NCBI GenBank assembly: GCA_964270895.1
Contig: OZ185437.1
Length of the DNA stretch: 64,000 nt
Source: Podarcis filfolensis
Lineage: Eukaryota
Direction: 5' to 3' (one strand)
Made by a program: the position numbers and the translations under genes. Below the pieces are notes generated by a model. That model saw only the letters and a list, made by a program, of their open reading frames with translations. It was not told the origin of the DNA and made no database searches. Shown here piece by piece: positions 21,938 through 33,830 of this stretch. Position 1 is the first letter of the stretch, and each line of letters begins with the position of its first letter.

Positions 21938-24900
21938 TCATATTGCGAGTCCAAAGGCACTGACGATACAGTACATAGTCTTGTTCTCCCATCTCACAGT
22001 GCAGGTTCCTACAAAAAGAGAAGTCAGTCAATCAGGGTGGCCATACTATATACAGAAGAACTACATCAGATCATAAAATTCATAGCTTTCAATTTAAAGA
22101 ACACATAGAACAGATCTATTGCATCTTAAGCCACACTTGCTAAGTTTAAGCCTCAGCCAACTCCGTACCACATAGGCAACATCCCATAATTTGGAGCAGT
22201 GGAACCTAAAATTATTGAACCACATTACACCGATATTCAGTCACACTTTATTCTTCCACAGGAAGCATATATGTTGTTTCACTGGTGATGATAATTCTTC
22301 CAACTAAGTATCAGGAAGAACTTTCTGACAGAGCTGTTCGACAGTGTAATGGGCTCTCTTGGAAGATGGTGGACTCTCAATCCTTGGAGGTTTTAAAGCA
22401 GAGGTTGAATAGTCATCTGTCATGGATGCTTTAGCCGAGATTCCTGCATTGCAGGAGGTTGGAAGAGATAACTCTTCGGGGCCCCTTCCAACTCTACAAT
22501 CCTTCAATTTTAAAGCAGAGATGCTCTATTAGCTACCCTAGGGAAATAAGGGAATAAGGCACTTCTAACAAGAACAACCTGCCCCATGGTCACTTGTAAC
22601 TTCTAGTATTATAAGTTTATTACCACAGAATAGGTGTGTGTGGATTTTTCTCTTCCGGAGTCACACAAATATCTTGTGAAACATTTCAATGGAGAAACTA
22701 AGACAAAGAATTAAAACATTCTTGTTACCATCAGCAGAGTTGTCCCAGAAGCAAGAGCTTGCAGTATGAAGTCCAGCACCATTCTTTTGCATAATCACAC
22801 ATGTCACTGTAAATTGAAGATATAGTATTGTTAGAAAATGGAATGTTTCCATGGCATAAGCTACACGGTTACATCCACATCTGTTTTTAGCCTTAAATGG
22901 CTATGTAAACATCTCTTATCTTAAATTGCCCCCTCACCTGCAATTTCCATTTTAGAGTTTAATTTTCGGTTTTACTCAAAACCATTTGTCAAAACAATAA
23001 TACAATGAGCACAGAAACCCATTCACTTACCAACATATTTGAAAGGTTTCCCCAGCTTTGTGAGATGACTCAGAATTTGCTCTACAACACTTGTAGTCCA
23101 CTGATTCACTTTGCTGTGCAGATATGCATTGCCACCTATTGTTCCTTCTATGGCCTGCAAACAAAGAGAGGTTCAAATTACCACCAGGCTGCTAAGGAAT
23201 TTTTAATTTTTTTAAAAAGCATGCATTGATTTCAAAAGCTAGAATAAATATGTCAATGTTTTTTCCAAGCAACACAGATCACACCATCAAACACAGATCA
23301 CACCATCAAACAGGAAGGAAAACCCAGAACCAACTAACAGCCATACTGAGAAGCAATGATCACTGAAATGCTAGCTTGAGCTGCCATCTGTGAGGTGGTG
23401 GATCAATCTCAAGAGTTTCAAACACACAAAGACCTCCCCACACCTTTGCAAGAATGATTTGGGCAGGTAACCAACAATATGGCACCTCATATTTATTCTG
23501 AGGCTACCGCAGTCCTAATGACAGTGGAGCAGACACACCTCTCTGCCAGTGGGAGATCATGTCCACTGTGAAGGCCATGCACGTAAAAAGCTCTGTGGGC
23601 AGTAACTGAACTGTTCGTGTTCTGGGAGTGCTGCAGGGGTGGGATTGAGGCAACCTAGGATCCAAGCAGTGTGCCAACCTGCTACATGAGGGGTGCCTCA
23701 TGGTGAGCTGCAGTGCCACCAGTGATGGTGTTCAGGTGAGCACAGGCACCTGTTACTGTTCATCTCTTTTGAGTTGTGTTTGACAGATTGTAAGCATGGA
23801 GGCAAGGACTGTGTTGCTTTTCGGTCTTTCCCCAGTACCTAAAAAATATTAGGAACTTTATAAACAACATTTAATGTATCACCAGAAACGCATAGAGGAA
23901 GAAAGACATCTTCCACTTCTGAAGCTACAGAGGGAGTGACAATGAGATCTTGCAACAAGAGGCTGAACAGCCCAAATCAATACCCTCTGTAATAAATGGG
24001 TGTCTGGCTTACTCAGTCTTATCCTGCGGTTGTAGGCATAGATTTCACACTCTGTAAAGCATTAGTGCCAAGACTGAGAACAAGGGAGTGGCTGTTCAAT
24101 GGATGTCACTAAATTGTGGTCCTTTCATGCTTTTTCCTGCAGATTCTATATTTGCAAACATTACTGTAGCAGAGTGTACTAGCATCTAATAGCCCTATTA
24201 TTTTAAATTGTTTTTAATGTTTTTAATGCTGTAACCTGCCTTGGGGCTTTAGGGTGAAAAGTGAGTAATAAACACCTGCACCAGCACCAGCACCACCACA
24301 AAACATGCAAGGGAGGCATGCAGGTTTTTTACACAGATGAGTTGTACATACTTGATAAGTTACCAATCATATATTTACTTAACAAAGAATGGCATGTACA
24401 ACATATTTAGCTTGTGCTCCTAAGCCTTCACTAATCGCCAGGAAGGTTGCCACAACAGAGGATTAGCAAACAAGACACTGGTACCCAGGTAACACATAAC
24501 TAGAGTAAATTTGCTCTAAATCTACTAACTATATTAATTCTATAGCTGCAAGTCACCAAAAGATTATTCCTGAAGTTGGAGTCTAATGAAATAGAACAGT
24601 CCACTACATTTAAGCCAAGGGACATGCATTAAATACTGATGTCACCACTGTGATTCAAGTGGATTTAACTAGCTTGCAGATTAGGCCAGAAGTCAGTTCA
24701 TATTACAAGACAAAGTCTTAAATTTGATATGCTTAATCATTTAAAAAGTGAGGTAAAAACCTTTACGAATGCAATTCTATGAGGATATCAAAATAGGATT
24801 GTTACTTCTATATAGGCTGGCTGGGATTAAAAGTATGACATAAGGCCAACGAGCCTCTACTCCTCTTCCCACTGCAGCTCTTGATACTCCCAGAAAAATC

Positions 24901-27301
24901 ATCCCTGCAGATCAGGAATCACCTCGAGTGGAATTCAACATAGCATGAGGGACTATAAAGTAAAGTTGAGGGAATGGGTTTTTCCCCTCGGAGAGACAAT
25001 CTGCATATGCAGGAATGTTTTCTATGTATTCAAGAGATTCTGCAGATTCTGGTCCTCCCTCCCACCCCTTTCACTTGTGGAAACTGCCCTGCTTTGCCGC
25101 TTTCATACTTTTAAGACACTATATCACTAGCTGGAGAGGTGAATTGTTCACAAAACAGAGCCAGTGAGTCACAATCCCCTAGAAATGTTTCAAATGAAAT
25201 AATATGTATCTGTATGTAATTGCACAAAATGTATACACCAATAACAAAATTATGAGCACACAGAGAGACACATATTTCGGAGCAAAATTTAAATAATTCA
25301 CATTGCAATGTGTGTTAAGAGGCTGTTTACATAGCTCATTTTGCCACTTTAAATGTGGGGTTATAACACAAACTTAGGCATGTCTACTCAGAAGTACCAC
25401 TGAGTTCAATGAGACCTATTCCTAGGTAAGTGTGAGTGATTGCAGCCTTACAATTCAGTACAATGTGTATTTTCCACAATGCAGCAGTGATATATTTATC
25501 TTTTTAAAGGGAGTTACGGGGTGCAGTGGAAATATAGCAGATGCTGTGCAATGAGAATATATTAATGGAAGATGTAGCATAAACACATCCTACCTCTTTT
25601 ATAATGTTGCTTACTTCATCCACAATAAACGCAGTCTTGCAGGGGGAAAGAAGAGAAAAAGAAGCCAGAGATAACATTTAAACCAAGTAAGCAATTTGCA
25701 GTACTGACACAAAGGTAGTTTTAACAAACAGACTAAGGCTTCAAACATTAATCAGATTTGATTTATTTCCCTAAGCATCTAACGCCTTGTTTCTACTTCA
25801 CCAGACATAGAATCCTGCCATCGCAAAGTGTGCCAAGTAATTCCTTAATGCTTATAACTGCAGCAAATGAACTTCTTAAGCAGTCACAAAAAATCATATG
25901 TTTAACCTCCCCTTCAAACACTTATAGAATAGAGGTGGCAGGCACATATAGTGGCCAGGGAACACATAAAAGGCCACAACTACTCCCCTTTTAGGGACAC
26001 GGGTGGCGCTAAACCGCAGAGCCTCTTGGGCTTGCCAATCAGAAGGTTGGCGGTTCGAATCCCCGCGACAGGGTGAGCAGGTCCCTGCTCCTGCCCACCT
26101 AGCAGTTCAAAAGCACGTCAAAGTGCAAGTAGATAAATAGGTACTGCTCCGGCGGGAAGGTAAACGGCATTTCCGTGTGCTGCTCTGGTTTCAGCAGAAG
26201 CGGCTTAGTCCTGGAAGCTATACGCAGGCTCCCTCAGCCAGTAAAGCTAGATGAGCGCCGCAACCCCAGAGTCGGCCACGACTGGACCTAATGGTCAGGG
26301 GTCCCTTTACTCCCCTTTTACAATCTATTCATAACTATGTGGAGGCCTTTCTGGCACTCATGCATCAAGGCAACTCTTATCTTTCCCCCCTTTTTTCTTT
26401 TATATTTTTATTATCATATATAATAAACATTACTATATATGATAATAAAGGTTTTGAGGTGTCGGTGGTTTTTTGTTTTTCAATCCTGGTATATAAATTA
26501 TATGAAATACTTGTTTATGACTAGCTGAGACACCGATCTCATCTGCAGACAGGAGTACATGAAGCTCCATCTCACCTTTGACCATGGGCCACGTTTACTA
26601 CCTGATCACGATTAGGGTAAGGACATTCATTTGAACACTGAAATAATGTCTGAGGATCTCTTTTCTATAGCCACATAACCATGGATTTGATGGAACAGTA
26701 ACCTCTGAATGCCAAAAGGAGACCCCGCCACACCCCAGATGAAACCTGCCAGTTTCCTTCTCCTCTCCTTTAAGAGGGGCAAATTCCCTTCCCTCTTCGA
26801 TTTTGCGAAGTTTCTCTTAGGACAAGAACCTGGGCCATTAGACCAGATGGCAAGAGATTTATTTATTCGGCGTGCTGCACGCGCACCTCCCAAATGCGTG
26901 CCACGAAGAGATGCGCTTTCTGGCACAAGCCATACCTACCACGGGGGCAGCGGAGAGATGCAGCACCGTCGGCAGGAAAAGTTGCCCCGGGGCTTGTAAA
27001 GCAGCCTGGCGGCGGCATCTCTCCTCTCAGCCCAAGGGCTGGAAGCGGCGAGAGCGCCGGGGCTGGCAAGAGAGGAGGGCCAGGCGACCTTCCAGCAACG
27101 GGAACGTGGCCGACAATGGGCAAAGGGGCGGACCCCGCCATCGCCCACGGAGGTTCCCGCAGCTACGGAAGAAAGGGGCACGCCGTCCCTTCCCTCCACG
27201 GCCGCCCGCCCGCCAAGAGGAGGAGGAGGAGGAGGAGGAGGAGGAGGGACGCCGCTGTCCTTAGGAACCGTTACCTCCTCTGCAGACTGAAGCTCGTCCA
27301 T
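21938..27301 (-). CDS. DYNLT1: Dynein light chain Tctex-type 1, complete, 113 aa
   Basis: Minus-strand exons: 27301-27275 (MDELQSAEE), 25635-25594 ([14 protein letters not shown]), 23154-23031 ([41 protein letters not shown]), 22806-22729 ([27 protein letters not shown]), 22008-21938 ([22 protein letters not shown]). Total 342 nt, all GT-AG, phases consistent. Confidence 0.98.
22307..22508 (+). mobile_element. CR1 LINE 3' end in DYNLT1 intron 4
   Basis: atcaggaagaactttctgacag...ccttggaggttttaaagcagaggttg...attcctgcattgcagga...cccttccaactctacaat. Confidence 0.85.
23271..23308. repeat. Perfect 19-bp tandem duplication (AACACAGATCACACCATCA)x2
   Basis: Direct reading. Confidence 0.9.
25374..25449. 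mobile_element. Ancient ~80-bp palindromic MITE (..AATCCTA / TAGGATTG.. family)
   Basis: catgtctactcagaagta..actgagttcaatgagacctattcctaggtaagtgt..gattgcagcc. Related copies at about 41944-42030, 16690-16780 and 37800-37870. Confidence 0.5.
25994..26307 (+). mobile_element. Sauria SINE in DYNLT1 intron 1 (small internal deletions)
   Basis: GGGACACGGGTGGCGC head, GGTTCGAATCC B box, 3' GGTCAGGGGTCCCTTTAC. Perfect 13-bp TSD TACTCCCCTTTTA at 25981-25993 and 26308-26320. Confidence 0.92.
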
Positions 27302-27750
27302 CTTCTTCTTCTTCAGCAATCCAGCCTATCGTCTCCCACGCGGCGCATGCGCAACCGACTCTTCGCCGGTCGCAGACAGCAGCACTTTCTTTCTTTCTTT
27401 CTTTCTTTTCTGTCTCGCTCGAGCTGCGCAGCTGCGCAGTGCGCTCCTGTGCTTTCCCAACCAATCACCCGACGCTGGCAAATGTACCGGAAGCGTTGCT
27501 GAGCTACGCTCTCTCTTTATTCCCCCCGCCCCCGTCTCTCGCGCGCTTGCGCAATCAAGGGCGAGCGCGCGCGGTTTCCGTTGTTTAATAAGAGGTGTGG
27601 AAAATGCACCCCCATCGCCGTTTCTGGGGGTTTTTTGCGTGTGGTTCGCGCTGAGCTGAGGAGCCTGCGCTTTAGCGACCGTAGGGGAGGGAGGATTAGC
27701 ACACATTCGTCGCTTATTTTACTTTCTTTAGAATACAGGGGTGGCTCCCC
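26800..27750. promoter_or_regulatory. CpG island / DYNLT1 promoter and first exon
   Basis: Sharp rise in GC and CpG around the DYNLT1 ATG (27301). Motifs: NRF1-type GCGCATGCGC 27343-27352, CCAAT 27461-27465, ETS CCGGAAG 27487-27493, GC box CCCCGCCCC 27524-27532. Confidence 0.85.
27217..27246. repeat. (GAG)10 trinucleotide repeat in DYNLT1 intron 1 near the 5' splice site
   Basis: Direct reading. Confidence 0.9.
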
Positions 27751-27868
27751 CTCCTCCAGAACTCCCCATCTTCCATGCTGGCTGGGCCTGCAGGTGCTTG
27801 AAGATGATACGTCGCCTCTTAATAGCCTTTTCTGCAGGCCCAATATATCCAGCTCCTCCAGTCTCGGA

Positions 27869-27921
27869 ATTGTAGAGTGAGGAACCCAAAGGGACATCTA
27901 GTCTGACCCTCTGGAGTGCAG
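27869..27921 (-). mobile_element. CR1-type 3' tail fragment
   Basis: aattgtagagtgaggaacccaaagggacatctagtctgaccctctggagtgcag, antisense to the CR1 tail. Confidence 0.55.
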
Positions 27922-28304
27922 TCTTTGGCTCAGGGTTCCTCATCTCCGACGGTCACCCTCCTCTGGATGCCTTCTTCCTCTGGATGCCTTTGTCAGTAAC
28001 CTTAAAATGAAGGGTGCAGAAGGGAGGTCTGACCAAAGTTAATTTATAGATAAATTTAAAAAAAAAATTAAATAGAAATCCTTAACAGAAATGGAAGCAG
28101 CCAGTGAAATGGTATAATGGGGAATAAAGAGACTGCTGCTGAGCAGTGAACTGAGGGGGAGGTCCCAAAGCCCTTATCCAGGGGTGTCCCCTGGAGACTT
28201 CAAGGTCAGTACCATGGAGGGGAGTCATTGCTTCCTGGCCAACAGTAACCAACACGTACCACTGAGATGTAGCAGCTCCCATGCCTCTGTTCTCCTGCAA
28301 CATC

Positions 28305-28439
28305 CAGGGCTTTTTTTCAACCATAACTCACCGGACTCAGTTCCGGCACCTCTCAGGTGGGCACCATTGCCTTTATAAGAGAACAAGGGAGGCGTTCACG
28401 GTGAGTTCCAGCACCCCTTTTTCTAGAAAAACAACACTA
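28305..28439. mobile_element. hAT MITE, 135 bp
   Basis: Ends CAGGGCTTTTTT...AAAAACAACACTA with perfect 8-bp TSD GCAACATC (28297-28304, 28440-28447). Confidence 0.85.
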
Positions 28440-30476
28440 GCAACATCCATTTGTAAATGTAAGGCCCTTGTCAACTCTTTCACTGCTTAGTACTGAAGGC
28501 TTTTTATCTGGCAGAATAGTGCACCACCTGACTGGCCACCACAGCAAAAAACAAAAACTGGATTTCAGGAGACACCATGTTAGAAGAGGCATTTTTTTTT
28601 TTTTAACAGAGGGAAGTGTCATCATGTAAAATGGGGCCTTGTGCAATAATGCGGCACTGTGGAGAACCTGCATGGTGTTGGATGCCAACTCTCATGATCA
28701 CCCCAGGCAATACAGCCTATGAATTGAGAGTTACAGTTCAACAATATTTTGGGAGCTGCAAATTCCCAATTCAGAATCTTAAAAACAAAGCTTTCAACCC
28801 TTCAAAACTATTTCTCCAATATATATATATTAAATCACATTTATGCTTATCGATTAACAAATAACTAAAAGTTATACATAAAATTGGTTTTTTTCCTCCC
28901 TATCATGCTATCTTGGCAAAAGAGTTTGAAGCATTTCATTTGCCAGGATGCGTAGCTCACCCCCTCAGAGAGGGTAGATTACTATCTTGGCTTTGCTTCT
29001 CAAATGCTTCAACAGAAGTCTCCTCAAATGCTTCAAAAGAATTGCAATACTTCTCAAGAATCACAGGATAGATGACAGTTCTTAATCCCTCCCATTTACA
29101 CTCCTATTATTATTAATTAAATTTGTGCATTTATGCATACTCTGCATTTATGCATTTACTCTGCCTGAATAATTTGCAGGTTTTATAACAGGGCACCCTC
29201 AACTGCTTTTCACAGATGACATTAAGCTTGCTTTTTTCTTCACTCTTACCTTCTTTCAGCCCTTTTAATTTCTTCCCTTTCCAACCCACAGCAGTTGGTG
29301 AGGGCAGTTTCTGCTCTTAGGCAACACTGTATTGCCAACATCTTCCAGAACTTAGTGCCTACCTAGCCCAAATTCTACAATGCAGGATTTAGTCAATGGC
29401 TGTGGAGAGATGCATACTCACTGTTAGGACACTGGAAGCTCCCTTCTCAGGTAATCTTTTATATATAGATAGATATAGATATTGCTGTTAATTGTTTTAT
29501 TAAAAGCATACACATAAACAATCATAGTGCATATGTGCATGTTTTCCAAATAATTCAAATTCAGGATACAGTAAGCAAATTATACTCGTTACTATGGGTT
29601 TTCCTGATGTAAACATGGGGGAAGAAGTTTCCAAAAGGCTCTGTTGAAGCTCAGGTGGTCTTCCTCCTTCTGACAAAGGGAAGCCAATTGTCAACAAAAT
29701 GGTCTGTCTGTGCCACTCTCTGTGGAACTCTGTCTTGGTGCATCAGTTTTTATGGTAGTGCAAGCTGCCATACTTTATTTAAGCTAGCTTTTCTTCATGC
29801 TGGCTGGGACTGATGGAAGTTGTAGATCAAAACATCTGGAAGATACCAGGTTGGCAAAGGCTCTCTTAGTGGAAGGGCATTTGCATGTCTCTCTCCCAGG
29901 TTAAAACTAGGTTCCCCAAATACAGACTTTGACTAGTACTTAACTTCCTGATCTTTACCACCCGTACCAGCAAAGTGCTTGAGGAGGAGGGGAACAGACT
30001 TGGAGATGTCTGAAACATTCCCCTCCTTCCACATCCTTCCAACATTCAAGCACTTCAGTAGCCTAGGTAAGACTGACGGCAATATCAGAGGCAAAATGTG
30101 AGGAACGAGAAGGTGGTGTGGGAAGCTAACCTTGCCTGTGGGCAAGATAAATCAATGAGTCAATGGCTATTGGTCATTACGACTTCCAGATTCAGAGGCA
30201 GTATGCTTCTTGTTGGTTGCTGTGGAAAACAGAATGTTTGGCTATGGTTATTACAGATGTTTCTACAATCAAACACAAAGAAACACATCCAAAACAGATA
30301 ACAAAAAAAGCCGAGCTTGGCCTGGAATATGAATATTCTCTTTAAAAATGGAAAAGGTTTCTACACACATGAATATTTGGCTATTAAACTTCTGAAGCAT
30401 ATGTAATAAGATGAAATGGAACCTCCAATTCAGATATTTCTAGATTTGGGTTTGGATTGATTTGTACGTAATATTA

Positions 30477-30645
30477 CCGTATTTCCTGCACCATAACACT
30501 CACTTTTTTCCTCCTAGAAAGTAAAGGGAAATGTCTGTGCGTGTTATGGAGGGAATGCCTACGGGTGGCATGCCTATGGATTTTCCTCCTCTAAAAACTA
30601 TGTGTGTGTTATGGTCGGGTGCGTGTTACAGAGCGAAAAATACGG
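30477..30645. mobile_element. pogo/Tc2-type MITE, 169 bp
   Basis: TIRs CCGTATTT...AAATACGG flanked by TA, with an internal duplicated ttttcctcct...tgtg.gtgttatgg unit. Confidence 0.75.
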
Positions 30646-33600
30646 TACTTGAAAAATAGGTGAATAAAGCCTTCCCTTTGATAGCTTAAAAGCATTGGGG
30701 ATTTTAAAATGTGCGTACTATTTATGCTGGTATTACTGCTACTGTATTTGTATTATTCATATTAACAATACCAGTGATATGTATTAATTATCATGCAGTC
30801 CACAGCCCCCTGAGATAGCTAAGCGGTCGGGGGGGATCTGTCATTTCTAGTAAATGCTCGCTCTGAATCTTGCGGAAGTTGAGGTTTGCAGTGTTGCACA
30901 CATCTAACATAAGCGAGTGACACAGAGAGAAACCACCTGAAAGTATCATAATGGCCACTACTCTTCCTGTTAGCTTAGGGGTTTCATGTACACTTTAAGA
31001 AAAAAATTGTCTTTTCTCGCAGTGAACTGTTTCCTCCCAGACCACTAAGGCATTATTTAAAGACTCTCTTTGATAGCAGACTGCATTGGTGGCAGTTACT
31101 TCCAGTGCAGAGGGCTGTAGGATCATATGATGATGTGCACTGAAGTATTCTGTGTCAAACTTCAGTCCAGGAAGAAGGAAACGGAGAGAAAGAAGATATC
31201 ATTTTTTCTTCAGTAAAACTAGCACCCTGCATTTCTTCTATGAAAGTAAAAGGTAAGTCAGTGTTTGCTAAAGGTAGGCATAAAAAAATGTTAAAATGTT
31301 TGCAAGGCAAGTGCCTTGCATTCCTCTCTTATTTGTGATTATTTGCTGTGTTTCATTCCCCTAGCAGATAGGACACATTGATCTTTAGGGGTTATTGAAT
31401 TGGAAAACACCCTATCTCAAATTATTTTAGACATTTCTATTGCTTTAACATTCAAAAACTGGTGAATGCAAATAAATAAGTTCTATTATTGCTGTGTATC
31501 TGTTTCTCAAAGCTATGTAAATATGTAAAAGATGCCTCTGAATTTCTGCCATTAAAAGATGGAGATTTATTTCCTCGTGGTAGCATAGCATGGACTAATG
31601 TATTGTGCAACTTTTATTCCTTCCTCTGTACTGTATATTTAGCTCTCTTAACACTGCACACCCCAAACCTTATACTTTGAGTAACCCCGTTCATGTGTAT
31701 GTGTCTATAGTAAGTAGCCTATTGTTCAACATTGTATCTTTTGGTGTGTCCAAGATAGGCAATTTTTCTGTGTTAAGCCCAATAAACATCTCAGAGAAGG
31801 ATATATGACACTGGGATCTTTCATGAAGGCCCTGCTTTCTAAATGTTAAGTTTTTGGATTTGTAGTATGTCGTCTTATAATAAGCTGTGCATAGGATCAA
31901 TGTGTGTAATGCATTCTGAACTTTTTATTGATCCTTTCAACAGCTTATTTATTATATAAAATCATACTACAACTATAATTCCAGTGACTTTACATTTAGG
32001 TGTAATTAGACAGAGACACAATTCCATCAGAGTTAGTCCTTCACCAACTTTTCATCTTATGTTGTGTGTGAATGTTTTGCTTGCTTACACACTAATTGCA
32101 ATACGTTGTCATGGTTAAGCATGTGGTCCTGAACCCAATTGTTTTTGATGGTGCAGCAAATGCTAGAATATTTGCTTAATTTTGCAACATGTTTTAATAT
32201 GCTTTTTTGGCATTGGGAGTAAACTAATATCCCCCTCCCAACTGCAGAAAGTAAGTGATCTGCCTTGTTTGGCCCTCAGTGCCAACATCAATCAAGGCTC
32301 TGAACTATCTAGTTTAAATTAACTTGCATGGAGGCAAGACCATAATCTGCTTTTGTCAGACTCAATGCACCTGATCCCTCCCACATCCTACCCCTAAATT
32401 CTTGTGCCTCCTCTGACTTTGTAAGGAAGGACTCCCTACAAAGTCCTTAAACAATAGCAGAACATCAGGTGAGTGGCATTTCAGTCAGTTGCAATCTATT
32501 TTTCACTCATTTGGGGCAAGTGAGAGTGGGGCACAGTCTCTCCAAAATCCGTTCACAACTGCCTTAGGCTCTTGTTTAAAGTCCTTCTGGTTTTTGATTG
32601 TGTCATCTATATGTCCATATGAGTTTTCCTGTTCATTTTGTGTCTGCACAAAGTGAAACCATAAGCTGGTATTGGTGCATAATGCCTGAAACATCTTCTA
32701 GATTTGTGAGGGATGTGTGTTGCCCTAGTGATAAACTACACTGTTTTTTGCAAGACCTTTTTATCTGCCTCAACAGACACAAACTAGACATGATTCAGAT
32801 GGCAGGCCCATTAGCTATTAAAGCCTATAAATAATTGATGGATAGTAAAGACTTACTTTAGAACATCTCGCCTTCACACCATACTAGTTTTACTTCCATG
32901 GGATAAAAGGTTCAACAGCTAGCAGTCAGAGGGCATCGTATTTCAATTAAGGCACATTTATCTTTGTGGTTGACTAGGAGGCAATCAACTGAATTTCATG
33001 ACACCTTTTATTATTTGGATTATTGTTATTCTCATTTTTCATTATCTTTTGCACAATCCACATAAGCAAAATGGCTTTTATACAGGCCTTTTTACACCAG
33101 GGTAAGTAACATGCTGATGGGCAATGGTGCTTATTGTAATGAGGCTGTTTGAAAGATGATGAATCATATTTCATAGCTCAGCTGTGGCCCAAGCATACTA
33201 TGAAACGATATGCTGACAGGATGTAGCTTTTGTTTTTCAGGAAAAGTAGGAGATAGTGATCTACTGCAGAATAAGAAAGGAGAAGTAGGTTGTTCTTTTT
33301 TCTGCATTCCTAAGAAATGCAATCCTAATTTCCCAATAGGAAATTTGTGAATTTAAAGCAATGGAGGTGGAGTTTCTCCCCCTTATACCTGCTGCTGCCT
33401 ATCAGCTTGAATCATACCCCAATTTTCTTTGCAGAATGGTGGATCTAAGCCAAACCTCTCTCGTTTTTATCAGTTTAGAAACTACCAGCAGCAAATTGGG
33501 AGCCTGAAGTCATTTTATTTATACAAGACGATAAACTGCCTTCATCCAGCAAAGAAAGTGCCTTCAGCAGGTGATGAGACTGAAAATTATGGCATATATG

Positions 33601-33830
33601 GAAAAGGGTTCTTTTCCTCTCCCTTCCACCTTATGACACAATTCAAACGCATCTCTGATGAAAGATGTATGCAAGCAGTTAAAGGGACTCATAGATCTTT
33701 TGGTTGCTGAACCCTGCCCCTAGCTTTAAGCTCCAACGTTCCTTGGTGGGGGTGCTGAAGAAGATTAAAATTCTTTAAAAAACAAAACAAACAGACAAAC
33801 ATAAAAACCTTCTAAGAATCAAAAGAGAAA

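Noticed and set aside
27302-27319. N-terminal extension MLKKKK of DYNLT1 in the ORF track
   Set aside because: It starts at TTG, not ATG. The ATG at 27301 has a strong Kozak context (AAGATGG) and matches the known N-terminus.
26627-27943. Cluster of many overlapping ORFs (up to 202 aa)
   Set aside because: This is a CpG-island artefact. Only the 27-nt DYNLT1 first coding exon is supported.
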